NCBI RefSeq assembly: GCF_006345805.1
Contig: NC_043015.1
Location: 17,298,001-17,362,000, forward strand
From: Octopus sinensis
Taxonomy: Eukaryota
Length of the DNA: 64,000 nucleotides
Direction of reading: 5' to 3'
Both the position numbers and the translations under genes were made by a program. The notes beneath the pieces were generated by a model. It made no database searches. It was given only the letters and a program-made list of their open reading frames with translations, and was not told the DNA's origin. Below are positions 13,000 through 26,228 of the stretch, in pieces. Each line of letters begins with the position of its first letter. Position 1 is the stretch's first letter.

Positions 13000-13232
13000 T
13001 ATTTGTTTCAGTCATCAGACTACATCTATGCTGGGGCAAAGCATTGAATTTTTAGTCTAATGAATCGACCACACTGCTTAATTTTTAAGCTTGATAGTTA
13101 TTCTATCGTTCTATTTTTAGCGAACCGCTAAGTTACGGGGATGTAAACACATCGATACCGGTTGTCAAGCGGTGATGAGGGGACAAACACAGACACAAAA
13201 ACTCACACACATAGGTATGTATACATACATAC

Positions 13233-13270
<38 letters not shown>

Positions 13271-13490
13271 GCACACACACACACGCACACACACACACAC
13301 CACACACACACATATATATATATATATACGACTGGCTCCTTTCAGTTTCCGTCTACCAAATCCACTCACAAGGCTTGGTAAGCCAGAGGCTATAGTAGAA
13401 GACACTAGCCCAAGGTACTACACAGTAGAACTGAACCCGAAACCACGTGGTTGGGAAGCAAGCATCTTACCACAATATTACTCCTGCGCC
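13000..13490 (-). mobile_element. OK-like SINE, near full length with internal microsatellite
   Basis: Tail ttgtttcagtcat at about 13003, 3' body 13100-13200, internal (TA)/(CA) tract, head 13325-13490. Confidence 0.85.
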
Positions 13491-13529
13491 CATGCCACTC
13501 CTGCGTCATATATATATGTAGTGTCAGAT

Positions 13530-15120
13530 ACAAGAATACCGAAGACCGTTTCTTCACCGAAAATAATAATATTAAAAATAAACGAAATAACGATAACATC
13601 TGGTTAATAATCCCTCTCGCAATGGAGCTTAAAACAAACATAGTTTATTCTATAATGAGACTTATAGATAAGCACTTGAACTTAAATAACAAATACCCAG
13701 AAATCTATAGGAATAAAATTAGAGTAGGCCAAAGCCTAACTAGCAACCCAGCTACTATCATAGCCTCGTTCAACAACAAAAAGCTAAATGCCTTCTATGA
13801 AACTAGGTAAAAATAACATGAAACATAGCAACCAATCGACAGATATAATAAATGTAATCCCTAATAACTCGCTCTCAAATAACGTGGACAACGACCTTAT
13901 AATAACCCCCTGAACGCAACATACGCACAGATAAGCTTAATAATTTATGTGGCAGCAGAGATAAAAACAATTGCGAATCCTCCAATATTTGTAAAACTAA
14001 AAACGTAATCTACCAATGCGATGTACTCGCACATAATTACAAGAAATCTTATATAGGAGAAATTAAAAACGAAATGATACTTAGATATAATTCCCACCGA
14101 TCTAGTTTCAGAAATAGAAGTAAAACTCTACCGGACTTAGTAGTTACATTTGGGAACTGAAAGATAAAAATATTATAGATTGGAATGGCGCATCCTAGCC
14201 AAAACTTCCTCATATAACATTAACAATAATCGCTGTGAAATTTTAATGGCCAATTACTTCTACTTAATATTTTTTGTTTGCATAAAAGCAGATTCGCATT
14301 CCCAAACTACCGCTAAACCCTCTTTGTCCTTTAAATATCGCTAACCCCTATTTGATAGGTTATTAGTTAACGTACTTAACCTCTTATTACGTCCCCTTAA
14401 CATTCCCACGTACTAATAAGCACTACTCAACTTTACTCCACATTATATACCAATTACTGAACTTTATACTTATTTTATATGCTACGCTGGGGCACTATTT
14501 TCCTATAATCTAATTCCATTTGATAGCTAGACTACCGATTCACTTTGCATGCTATAATTTCCCTATCGATCTTATTGTTTTTCTATGCACTCTTCAACCC
14601 TTTCCTTAGCCCATTATACTCACATTATCGTACATATTTTAAATAATAACTTTACTACGGCTTCCATTGAAAAATACAGGAACTAACTTACAGGCTATAA
14701 ATTAGTGTCACATAGGTCCAATTAACTATACCGGATATCCCCAATAGCGATAACTCCTTCGGATTACACCGGTGTAGAACCTACGGCACGTGGAATTATG
14801 AAACTAACTAATTATAAGACCTTGGATTTAACTAAATCTCTTCTCTTCTATCCCGCAACTGATATATTGAATTATGCACCTCATTAAAATGTAAGACTAT
14901 TGAATTAACGAACATTTTATTTTTTCCATTCCTTTCCTTACATCTTTTTATTTCCCTTCTATTTATCTTTGCCGTATAATCGTTCTCATGATGTCGATCA
15001 ATTGCAACGAGGCAAATGTAAATTTACCCCAGCTCGATATACTGAAACAGCTGTAAATATACTCTCATCTTTATTAAATGACTTTAAAACACCAATGATC
15101 CAATTCTAACTGCTATTATT
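13530..15120 (+). mobile_element. Decayed Penelope-like element 3' region with degenerate HHR
   Basis: RNNDNIWLIIP, GIY-YIG-like KSYIGE near 14045, and a 3' gaaa-cagctg-ta HHR remnant near 15044-15055. Confidence 0.55.
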
Positions 15121-15158
15121 GCTCTATTTCTTATCGTTTATATATATATATATATTAT

Positions 15159-15209
<51 letters not shown>

Positions 15210-15414
15210 CAGAAAAAGAATGACTTCATTGACATTTCTAATCATTTTAATTTATCATTTCTTAATTTTTTAGTAATATAAATTTTACACTTTAGTTCGT
15301 AGATGTAGTGAGTTCTTAGATCTACGAACTAAAGTAAACAAATTTATATTACTAAATGTGTGTGTGTGTGTGTATACATACATACATACATACATACATA
15401 CATACATACATACA

Positions 15415-15445
<31 letters not shown>

Positions 15446-16122
15446 GTCATGATTGGAGATGTCATGATGGGGAAGGCAGCCAATCTTGGCTTAAGTGTTG
15501 GGGTATTAAGTGGTGTGGGCGGTAAGGCTGATTGGCAGCCTAATGCTGACCATATCATTCAAAATGTTCAGGACTTGCTACCATTGATAATGCCGACAGA
15601 GGAATGGAAAGACTGTTACGTATATTCGACTGAACGCATCCTAATCGAACGTCATTTTGAGGAAGGAAAGTCTTGGAGAAAATTTACCTGAACAGAAGGT
15701 TTCGTTAGCCATTATTGATTTGCATGGCACCTTAGTCTGTTCTGAAGCTGTTTGATTAAATTGGACAAAACAAATTGCTAAAAGGCTCGAAGAACTAATA
15801 CACATGGAACTAATGGAAGAGTTTTATTCACGCCTTGGAATTTGTAAAATATCTCTTAAGGTGAAGCATGGTATTCTTGAAGAACGTCCAAAAGCCGAGA
15901 TTAATGATGCTCTAAAGTCACTTCTTCGAGAACAAGGTCTTGGTTATGAAGAATTATTAGTGACTGTTAATCAGGCATGAAAAGACTGCAAGAACTCATT
16001 GTAGGGAGATCTGAAAGTTCTGGGAGACATTCAGCATCTTTTCAAAACTTTGAAGCAAAATAAAATCAAGATTGATATCATGTAACAAGACGCACACGAG
16101 AAGATCTTCAAGATACTCGACC
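15446..16122 (+). pseudogene. Intronless fragment of a tandem HAD-superfamily hydrolase gene (probable processed pseudogene)
   Basis: HAD motif IV region VMIGD...MMGKAANLGLSVGVLSGVG...ADHIIQNVQDLLPLI. After one frameshift near 15685 a second domain begins SLAIIDLHGTLVCS...GDLKVLGDIQHLFKTLKQNKIKI. There are four in-frame stops and no introns over about 680 bp. Confidence 0.7.
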
Positions 16123-16294
16123 GTGTGTGTGTGTGTGTGTACATTTCCATGTATGTGCACTTATATGTACATGTATATATGAATGTGTGCGTAAGTATAT
16201 ATATATAATAATAATATTAGGGAATAAATCCAAACTTACAGGGAAAAATTAGATTTAGGATTAAATCCAATTTTATAGTATAAATATATTATAT

Positions 16295-16840
16295 TATATT
16301 ATATTAAATTAGAGATAAAACCACTATTAGGCAAATCGAACAGTGAAAAACATAAGCCAATACATAAAATTAATTTAAAAATATAAAAGTTAAAAATTAA
16401 AAAATTATTTAAATAATTTAAACTTATAAATTTTAAATATGTATATACAAATATATATATATATGTATGTATATTTTTATATTTATATATTATTTTATTT
16501 ATTAATTTATTTATTAATTTTTTTATATATATAAATATCAAAAGTATTAAAAGTTTAATAAAAGATAAAGAGTTTTATCTTTATCTTTTATTAAACTTTT
16601 AATACTTTTGATATTTATATATAAAAAAATTAATAAATTAATAAATAAAATAATATATAAATATAAAAATATACATACATATATATATATATTATATATA
16701 TATATATATATATTTAAATTATTTAAATACTTTTTTAATTTTTAACTTTTATATTTTTAAATTAATTTTATGTATTGGCTTATGTTTTTCACTGTTTGAT
16801 TTGCCTAATAGTGGTTTTATCTCTAATTTAATATAATATA
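16295..16840. repeat. AT-rich palindrome with arms of about 270 bp
   Basis: agagataaaaccactattaggcaaatcgaacagtgaaaaacataagccaatac... is mirrored by ...gtattggcttatgtttttcactgtttgatttgcctaatagtggttttatctct, with the centre near 16570. Confidence 0.9.
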
Positions 16841-16872
16841 TATATATATATATAATATATATATATAATATA

Positions 16873-16936
<64 letters not shown>

Positions 16937-17079
16937 CTGTATTTGTGAACGTGTGTTAACACACACACATATTCATGTGAGTTTAGAGGGATATATTATA
17001 CGGGCAGATATTGTGGTAGCTCTCAGTTATATTCCGGGTTACGGCTAACCACATCGATAAGCGTTTAACGTCTATGACT

Positions 17080-18080
17080 ACTATGGGTTGTCATTCTCGC
17101 TGTAAACTCCTCCAATGTGTTATTCCGTGTTCGCATTAGCAATAATTATGATGATCGTGAAACACTCTCCCAAGTCTAGCAATTACCACAGAATATTCAA
17201 TACGCACAATGTCCGGCTCGCCTTTTCTGCTAGCCACAATCTAACGCAGATAATAGCAACGCACACACCGCAACAAGACTATCTTACTTCCGATGAACCG
17301 ATGAAAATAGTAGACTAGAAAGGAAAAATGAACCTAGCAGCCTACAAACACTTATGGCTAGGGAAAAATAGTAGATCGATAGATGAGGGCAGCAGTAGTA
17401 GGAACTATGACACTATGATAATAGCTACTGGGAATTAGGCCTCTACATTTGTGCTAGGAATACAGTAAGACGTAGAACCTAGTGTAGAGATGCAAAACCA
17501 CTTCTGGAGGAAGGACAAACTTCTATATAGGAGTCAGCCCGCTAATTTTTAAAAATAAGACTAGCTAAGCATTTAAATTCATTTAGTGATTGAAGTAAAA
17601 TGAACAAAGCAAACTCAAGCAAACTAACCTGGTTCCTTAAAGTTAGGAACCAGAGCTTTACGACGGAGTGGGAGATAATTAGTATGACTAAACAATATCA
17701 AGTAGGAGAAAATAGATGTGAGTTATGTATAGAACAAATATACCAAATCTTTAGATCGCGACACAAATTACTTAATAACAGGCTGGAACAGGCCTTAAGA
17801 TGCTTACATAAACATACCAAAACATTTAAGAAATTTAACACATGTTCTAGAATAGAAGGATAGCAGCACATGTCCTAAGCTTCCCAAATACATGGCCTTT
17901 TTTTTATTAAACTAGTGTATATTTTTCTCTTTTCTACTACACAGCATAAATACCACAGCCACGAAAATATTAGGTACCCATCTACTACAATACACAAAGA
18001 AGCCTGCCAAAAACAGTAACATAAACTTCAACCTAGTTATATAGGACGGCAACTGGCGTGAAACCGAGGTCAACCACACA
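17080..18080 (+). mobile_element. Decayed Penelope-like element 3' fragment
   Basis: RIFNTHNVRLAFSASHNL, WEIISMTKQYQVGENRCELC, and a possible degenerate HHR (acg..cgt-gaaa-ccgagg-tc) at 18036-18074. Confidence 0.6.
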
Positions 18081-18299
18081 AGCTCACAAACAGATCAGAT
18101 TTCAGATTCAAAACAACCTCCCCTCACTTCTCTCTGTACCCTAATTAACAAACAACTAACTGTATTTATGCAACTGCATATGCTCTGTGCAGTAGAAACA
18201 CGTGTAGGTCGTCGTGACCATAAAAACATGGTGTATGAAATGCAAAATAAAAGGAAATAAATTTTGAGGATGTATCAGTCTCCATATTCTCCATCGTCA

Positions 18300-18356
<57 letters not shown>

Positions 18357-18357
18357 G

Positions 18358-18432
<75 letters not shown>

Positions 18433-18450
18433 GCAAATATAAGCTTAATA

Positions 18451-19003
18451 TTAGGTTGTCAATAAAGTTCTTGCGGAATTTTTAATTTGGGTTTTAAATT
18501 ATGTATTTTCAAATTAATTTTCGTTAAATTACTTTGACTTTATATATCATTTTAAAGCCCGTTTTTCGCTCTATCAAATCGTGTTACTCTTTTTTTTTAA
18601 TAATTAGGCCATTTTTTCCGGAACGTTGAATACATGGACAAAAAACAAATTTGCACAATTTTCTTATTCCAGTTCAAGCTAGGCTGAAAAGCTGCTGAAA
18701 CAGCTTGCGATATCAACGATGCATTTGGCCCAGGAACCACTAATGAACGTACAGCACAATGGTGGTTCAAGAAATTTCGTAGCGGTAACGAGAGTCTTGA
18801 AGACGATAAGCGTAGTGGTCGGCCATCGGCTGTTGACAACGATCAACTAAGAGACTTAGTCGAGGCCAATTCACGAAGCTAATCCACGCTCGAGAGCTTG
18901 CTTCTGAATTAGACGTAACGTATACGACAATTTCCAACCACTTGAAAGAGATTGGAAAAACAAAAATACTTGAGAAATGGGTGCCGCACAAATTGAACGA
19001 CAA
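18451..19003 (+). mobile_element. Mariner (Hsmar1-like) 5' fragment
   Basis: TIR ttaggttgtcaataaagttcttgcgga. From 18635: MDKKQICTIFLFQFKLG...TAQWWFKKFRSGNESLEDDKRSGRPS...KWVPHKL. Cut off by a PLE. Confidence 0.85.
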
Positions 19004-20040
19004 CCCCCCCCCCCATATTATCATGAGCCTTAACACAAGCAAATTTAAACCCTATCACAAACCAAATGGGGAAACCTCGTACATAGACATGGGTCCCAAA
19101 CACCCACCAGCGATAATTAAACAATTAGCTTATAACATTAGCAGGCGCGTATCCAATCTATCCGGCGATAAAGACACTTTTGAAAAGGCTGCCCCATACT
19201 ATAAACGGTGTTATAGAAAGGCCCAGCTTCAAGAATAATATAAACTACATCGAACCTAACGTAGATAGACAAAGAAGACGCAGACAAAGGAAAATCTTAT
19301 GGTTCAACCCAGCTTATAGCGTGAATGCAGCCACTAACACAGCTAGAAAATTCTTAAAATTAATAGACAATCACTTCCCATATTCACACAAATACTATAA
19401 GATCTTCACTAGAAACACTGTTAAAGTTAGCTACAGTTGCCTCCCTAGTGTAGGGTCGATAATCTCCAACCACAATGAAAATAAACCCACCAGGAATACC
19501 CCTGGAATACACTGTAAATGTAGATCTCCGAACCGCTGTCTTCTAAATAATAGCTGTTTGAAAAAAGAACTTATACACAAGGCCAAAATCATGGATCCCA
19601 ACGGAGTAGCAAAGACATACATCGGAATGACGGGCAACTCGTTCAAGGAAAGATACACACGACATCTGGCGTCATTCAGGGACAAAAAGGAAAGACATGC
19701 GACATCCCTATCCAATATGATATGAAAGAAGGAAGAGTAAGCAACTCCCCAGATAACGTAGTGCATTATTGCTAAAGCCAGGAAATACAGGAGACAGGGT
19801 ACCAAATGTGAGTTTTGTATTACTGAAAAACTAAACATCAACCAGTCAAAAGATAACACCTTAAACATTGGAGATGAAACCTTCTCTCTTTGCACACACA
19901 AGCACTGTTTTACACTCTGACATTTCAAAGAGGAATCACCACCCACTCCGCCGATCCTAACAGGATAGTTTATTTCCCTGAACGTGAACATACGAACTCT
20001 ACACATAGAAGATACATGCCCCACCCCTGATGAATTCCTT
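19004..20040 (+). mobile_element. Penelope-like element 3' fragment (GIY-YIG)
   Basis: SKFKPYHKPN, RKILWFNPAYS, KIFTRNTVKVSYSC and YIGMTGNSFKERYTRH. Ends at a truncated ctgatga-attcc motif. Confidence 0.85.
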
Positions 20041-20787
20041 CAATACACAAACATACGAACATTACACATACCCAGAATATAATATAATGAAAACAAATTC
20101 ATCATCCAGCACAGTTTTTATCCCCAAAAGTCAAACCCAAGGGAGATAATCACTCAACAGAATATGGCTAAAGTATTGGCACTTAGAGTAGAAGGTCATC
20201 AAGTCTTTGCTGAGAATGAGCTTAATTACAAGAGTTCATAATGAGCTCAATTCCCACAGTGAATTATACAAAGTGCGCAGTAAACGTTGAATTATTTTAG
20301 ATAAGTTCTTCGTCCCTGAAATTAGAAAGTGATGATGATCTGCAGTGCAAAAAATAGTGCCCCTTTCTCCCAATAATTTCCATTACGACCTCTCTTTACA
20401 CGGTTTCAGCAATTTTTTTACGGAAAATTTCTGTCGAAACTCATCTCAATTGAAATTCAATGGGAATTCTACATTATGGCAAGATTTTCAAGAATGCATC
20501 ATTTCGTAATGTGGGGCATTCTTGTGGTAAACAACATAATTAATATAGTTATCTATATATTAATCAATATAGTAATCATTACAGCTAGTAAAACTAATTA
20601 ATATCAATTGCAGCTAGATCTCAAATGGGACAATTTCTGCAATGTACTATTTCTTCCTCTGTTGACACACTGACATACACTACTGAGAAAATCATGTTAG
20701 GTATTTCAAACTTTAGTACTGAATTTCCACATTAATATATATATATGATTGTGTATGTACGTTTACGTTTATTAAATATACCACACC

Positions 20788-20954
20788 CAGTACGTAGCTA
20801 GTGAGGGCGAGGGGGCAATCTGCTATGGGCGACGCTTAAACGAGGGCATCACTTCTGGACCTGCTTTATAACTTATTTAGGTTTCGTAGGCCATGGGTGG
20901 GGGCATCAAAACCAAGGGCTACCCGTCGCGGCACATACTCTAGCTCCGCCACTA
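20788..20954. mobile_element. hAT-like MITE
   Basis: Degenerate TIRs cagt(gg)cgtagctag / ctagctccgccact around a GC-richer 167-bp body. Confidence 0.5.
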
Positions 20955-21344
20955 ACTACAACATCATGTGTTGCTATGGTGGTTGGAGGACGGATACTTT
21001 ACAGCAGATATTCATTACCAAAAATTTATTTATTCTCGTCCCAGTTTTCCTCTGATGAAAGATAACTTTTACAGTATGCTACTTTTGGAGTTTTCTGACG
21101 TATGTAAGATTAATGAATTAGAATTTCTCTGATCTGACGCTGCTTGCACAGTTTGACGATTACATGATAATCTGGATAATATTTTCAGTAATTCATGTAA
21201 ATTATGTTTATAATTTATTTGACAAAACAATTTTTCCCAACAAGAGAAGTTTAATATGAATCCTCATAATAATATTTAGATACAATAGGAACAACTTTGA
21301 CATTATTTAACACTTTCACACATGAGCATATATCTAAGCGTACC

Positions 21345-21514
21345 ACATATCACACACATACACACATTCACGCATACTTAATCATGTATAAACATGTAGT
21401 AACATCGACACACACATTTATAAACTTATGCATGCGAAGCACATAATACGAACATACATAGAAACGTCAGTAGATTTAGAAATAAAAAGAAGTGTGCGCA
21501 TGTTAGTGAAGGTG

Positions 21515-21551
<37 letters not shown>

Positions 21552-21810
21552 ATGCAAATGAAACCATGTGTGCACACGGGCGGGCAAATATGTATCCATG
21601 TGTGTATGCATGTATGTATATATGTGAGTGCACATATGTTCATATGTGTATGTGCATGTGTGTGTTTGTACGCCCGCGCGTGTGCTTGTACGCGCTTGCG
21701 TGTTTTTGCGCATGTGTGTGTGCATATATGCATATGTGCGTGTGTGCATATGTGTAAGTGCTTATATGTGGGTGTGCGTGCGTGCGTGTGTATGCATATG
21801 CGTGTGAAAT
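21345..21810. repeat. Degenerate (CA)/(TG) microsatellite array
   Basis: Visible directly; it explains the overlapping ORFs called here. Confidence 0.9.
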
Positions 21811-21979
21811 GACTGAAGAGGCCTTTTACTTTTACCCTTATAATTCCTCAGAAAGTATCCTACCGAGGGAAAGAGAAACTGGAAATGAGAAAGAGATAGA
21901 GAGAGAGAGGCGGGGAGAGAAAGAAAGAATTTGAAGAGGCGTTAAGGATAAGAGGTAACAGAAGCAGCTGAGATCGGTG

Positions 21980-22310
21980 ATTTTTTCCTGGTCTTGTAGA
22001 CAGTACTCTTATCCTTATTACTGCAGTATACTCATGGGTAAACTCACTTGGGGCTGTTTTTCGTTTGGGGCTGTAGTTCTGTGAGAAACACGAAGAGACA
22101 TGGCTGACCGTTTCTGATGAGTCGGGGAAAACATTTCATGCCACAGGTGGTTGGTATAGGACTGGCAGAGCTCTAGCCTGTTAAACTGACTTGAAGTATC
22201 AAAAGATTGGGAGGTAGTTGTGTAGTGGAAGGTTAGAGTACTGATCAATCTAATGGATGTAGCTACGGTGAACTCACAGAAAATGTTGACATCTGGGGCG
22301 AGAACGATGT
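21980..22310 (-). mobile_element. Possible old L2/Crack-like LINE remnant
   Basis: Weak similarity only (APDVNIFCEF resembling the APE NIFVCGDFN motif; FTHEYTAVI resembling WFTPECAAAI). Confidence 0.25.
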
Positions 22311-23347
22311 TTTTTTTTATTCAAACAGCTGATAGGGTTGGTTACAGTAGCGGCATTTAATAAGAGAGGAATAAAGAGAATGAATGATTAGTAAGAATTT
22401 GTATTTATTACATTATGTTTAGGTTTAAATATTTTGAATTCCCAATTCAATGATTATTTCTTTCAATTTATTGCACCTTAGTAATATTGGCAGATTTGTT
22501 TTGGTTGAAGTACTTCGTTAAATGTGTTACGGGGTTACATACGGAAAATATCTTTTTTATCCAATGAAAGGAGCATTCAACTATGAAGTAAATCATTTCA
22601 ATTAACTTTGGTGGTCAGTTATTATAACATGATGAACTGTTTAGAAATTATCTTTTTGAAGAATCTTATGTTTTATCTTGAAGAAATTATTTCAGCCTTC
22701 ACAATTTTCAACGGTGATGAATTTGAGAGGGGAACAACAATAATTGTCGGCGTGTCAATCAGCTAAATCGCTGACATTGACAATGTAATCCGATGTTACT
22801 GGGTTCCACTAAATGGTAAATATCTATTTAAGTCTTGAAATAGATACCAATTAATTGAAAGAATTTAATTTCACATAAAACTAATGTTAACACTAATTAA
22901 GTGTGCTGTGGTGGCGGATTCAACATACAAAAGAAAATTACAGAAATTCAGGCGAGAAGATAATAAATAGAACAAATACGGAAAAAAATAAATACATGAG
23001 TAAATATTTAAAGTTTTATGTCGACCTTGATCTCAATATAGAACAATTTCAATGTAAATATGTATAATTCATTATTAGAGACGTAGTTTGCTGATCACTC
23101 ATAACAATTATCTTCATTGTGGGTTCAAACTTGTTGACACTTATGACGGCTATCGTATTTTTCATTTAAAACCGGAAATAAAGAATATAAATTTAAATTG
23201 ACAACTACAACTCACTCATTTTTAAAGTTTTACAGTTTCCAGATAGAGTCAACACATAATAAGAAAAGTTAGGTAATTTATCCAAGAAAATATTGCATAT
23301 TTTGAGACAAAATCCGATAAAATAAAACTCCTTTTGTGTAAAGTGAT

Positions 23348-23807
23348 TGTAGCAGGAATATTCAGCAATCACTGGATATCACGATTCGCTGTAATGTTAC
23401 CCACATGATCAGTGAAACTGACTCATTTCAACTTTGCCTGGAAAGAATATTACCCACGTGATCAACAATATCTGGCCAATCATAACTTCACGTGAAATAA
23501 GCTCCAGCAACAATATCAACTTTTGGCGCACCCCTCTCTGAACTTCTCAGTCAGTATAAAAGTCGACACACGCCTCCACAGAGCTTTGGGATGGAGCAGA
23601 GAGAGCATGAGATGACAAAGGATACCTGTATCAGTTCGCCGTGTCTTCTCCCTTGTCATCTCATGCGGCTGAACCAAGCTGACATTCAACATAATGACTA
23701 TCCACAGCATTACAACGACCAGCTGTAACTTTTCGAATGCTGTTTCAATTACATCAAGTACAATGCCATTCAAACTCTCTCAGTATTTGTCGTTTGTAGT
23801 AACAACA
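23348..23807 (+). mobile_element. Possible solo LTR
   Basis: TG...CA bounded segment with TATAAAAG at about 23558 followed by a purine-rich R-like region. No partner LTR, PBS or TSD was seen. Confidence 0.2.
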
Positions 23808-24194
23808 GTATTTGTCATTGCTTGTGTACAAAAAGGAAAAAAGTTTGCTGTAAAAAATCCCAACATATTTCGTCGTTTTCTTGTATGTACAACTGTTGAC
23901 CACCGACGCTAGAAATAACAGTCAGCATTAGGCTAAGTAAAAGTAACAGCACCTCCAACATTTTCAAGAGCCAGCTCCCAACTTCAGTTACCACTCAGCC
24001 AACAATTAACAGTCAGTCTCGTCTCTATACATCACAACAGTTAGTACACAGACTCAGCAGCTAGCTCCTCGTACATCTGGTGATCCCAGCCCCTGCACAA
24101 GCAATACGATAAATATTGGTAATATTATGGTTTAATAAGTGTAGATTGAAAAGTGAGCAAGTTACATGGTCAAAACTTACTGCATTATTGTTGC

Positions 24195-24440
24195 ATCTTC
24201 TTTTTATCTTTTCTTGTTTCAGTCATTAGACTGCGGCCATGTTGGGACACCACCTTGAAAGGTATACATACATACGTACGAACGTATTTCTCGAGCTTCT
24301 TCCAGCTTCTGTCTACCAAATCCAATCACAAGGGTTTAGACACCATGAGGCTATAGTATAAGACATTTTCTCGGGATACCACGCAGTGGGAGTGAACCCA
24401 TGTGATTGAGAAGCAAACTTCTCACGACGTGTGCGCCTAT
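24195..24440 (-). mobile_element. OK-like SINE fragments
   Basis: Tail cttgtttcagtcattagactgcggccatg plus a reverse-complement head. Confidence 0.7.
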
Positions 24441-24502
24441 ATAGGGAGATATGAAAGAAATAACATATTAAAGAGTAATATGTATACATAAGACAAAGAG
24501 AG

Positions 24503-24905
24503 GCGCAGGAGTGGCTGTGTGGTAAGTAGCTTGCTAACCAACCACATGGTTCCGGGTTCAGTCCCACTGCGTGGCATCTTGGGCAAGTGTCTTCTGCTAT
24601 AGCCCCGAGCCGACCAATGCCTTGTGAGTGGATTTGGTAGACCGAAACTAAAATAAGCCTGTCGTATATATGTATATATATATATGTGTGTGTATGTGTT
24701 TGTGTGTCTGTGTTTGTCCCCCTAGCATTGCTTGACAACCGATGCTGGTGTGTTTACGTCCCCGTCACTTAGCGGTTCGGTAAAAGAGACCGATAGAATA
24801 AGTACTGGGCTTACAAAGAATCAGTCCCGGGGTCGATTTGCTCGACTAAAGGCGGTGCTTCAGCATGGCCGCAGTCAAATGACTGAAACAAGTAAAAGAG
24901 TAAAA
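24503..24905 (+). mobile_element. OK-like tRNA-derived SINE, full length
   Basis: A-box tggctgtgtgg, B-box gggttcagtccc, internal (TA)(TG), and 3' ggcggtgcttcagcatggccgcagtcaaatgactgaaac-(aagtaaaag)n. Confidence 0.9.
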
Positions 24906-25045
24906 GAGTTAAAAGAGTCAATAAACAAAATTTTTAGAGAGAAGTTTTTGTGCAAAGCAGTAGAAATATAATCGCATGAAACAAATAAACTTCGGAAGAA
25001 AAAATAAAGAAACTTCGACAAAAAAAAAAACTATCATATATTATA

Positions 25046-26228
25046 CAAGGAGTGTTCATTAAAGATTTCCCCTGATCTACTTCCCAAGGATTGAGATAAA
25101 CGAAACTTGACACAGTTATTAGTACTCTACATAGCCAATGGTGACACACTTCTCCAATCGCTTTATGCAGCTGTGAAGACCTTGTCTATAGAAGCCGGTC
25201 AATTGTGTCTGGAGCCATGACTTTACCTCTGAAATAAGTTCAACATCTTCCCCTTCAAAAAATACTTCATGGTTGGAAAAAGGTGTAAGTCAGATAGTGC
25301 GAGGACGGGAGAGTAAGGAGGATGAGGAAGGATTTCATAGCCGCAGGAGTATGCTTTCATCTGGGCAAAATGCACATTGTGAACTGAGGCATTGTCTTGG
25401 AGGAAGTGGACTCCTTTGGTCAACATGCCACGCCTCTCTGCTTTCATGGCGTCCCACAATTTCTGCCCTTTTCCAGAAAATCCATCGTCACTACTCCGCG
25501 CTGGTCCCAAAAGACTGAGCATAACTTTGCCTGCTGAGGGTGGGACACGAGCCTTCTTTGGAGGTGGTGAGTTATCATGCTTCCAGGGCTTCGATTGAAC
25601 TTTAGTCACAGGATCATAGTGATGGACCCATGTTTCATCCTGTGTGATGGGAACAATTGATTCGTTCCTGCTTCTGAAAGGATGTGAGCATCCAGAGAAT
25701 CCATCGTGCATACTACTTCCATATGTGCAAATGGTCGTAAATGATTTTTTTCTGCGGATTCTACATTTATCTTCACTTCTTGGGCTTGCTGCTGAATAGT
25801 TATGCAGCGATCCTCCAAAATGGTGGCTTCCAATTTATGAGTAGTATTGTCGTCAATGACGGAATGTGGTCATCTAGGAATAGGAGCAGTTTTCACCGAT
25901 GTCCAACCACATTTGAACTGGCGATGCTAGTGCTTGACTACGTCGAATGATGGTGCATCGTCATCATATACTTCTTTTAATTCATCAAAAGTCTATTTTG
26001 CTGTACGACCTTTCAAGTATAAGAACCTGATCACTGAGCTGCATTCAACTGCCTCCATTATAACACCTTAGTCCACTTCAGCAACCGTAAAAGACAAACG
26101 AATACAAGTAGAAAACTGCAATTTACAATGTAATATGTAGAGACATGTATGACTATACCTGTTCAAGTTCTGTTTCCTGCAATACCCGGAAGTGGGTCAA
26201 AGGAAATATTTAATGAACACCCCGCGTG
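25046..26228 (-). mobile_element. Mariner DD34D element, decayed but with both TIRs
   Basis: TIRs ta|caaggagtgttcattaaagattt and aatatttaatgaacaccccgcgtg|ta. Motifs DETWVHHYDP, QDNASVH and HPPYSPVLALSD, with 34 residues between the last two Asp. Confidence 0.88.

Noticed and set aside
20029-20045. CTGATGA-attcc as a functional HHR at the PLE end
   Set aside because: It is truncated, with the GAAA and stem III half missing.
24503-24580. tRNA genes at SINE heads (also 51497, 62852)
   Set aside because: A and B boxes are present but there is no cloverleaf acceptor stem, and the sequence continues into SINE bodies.
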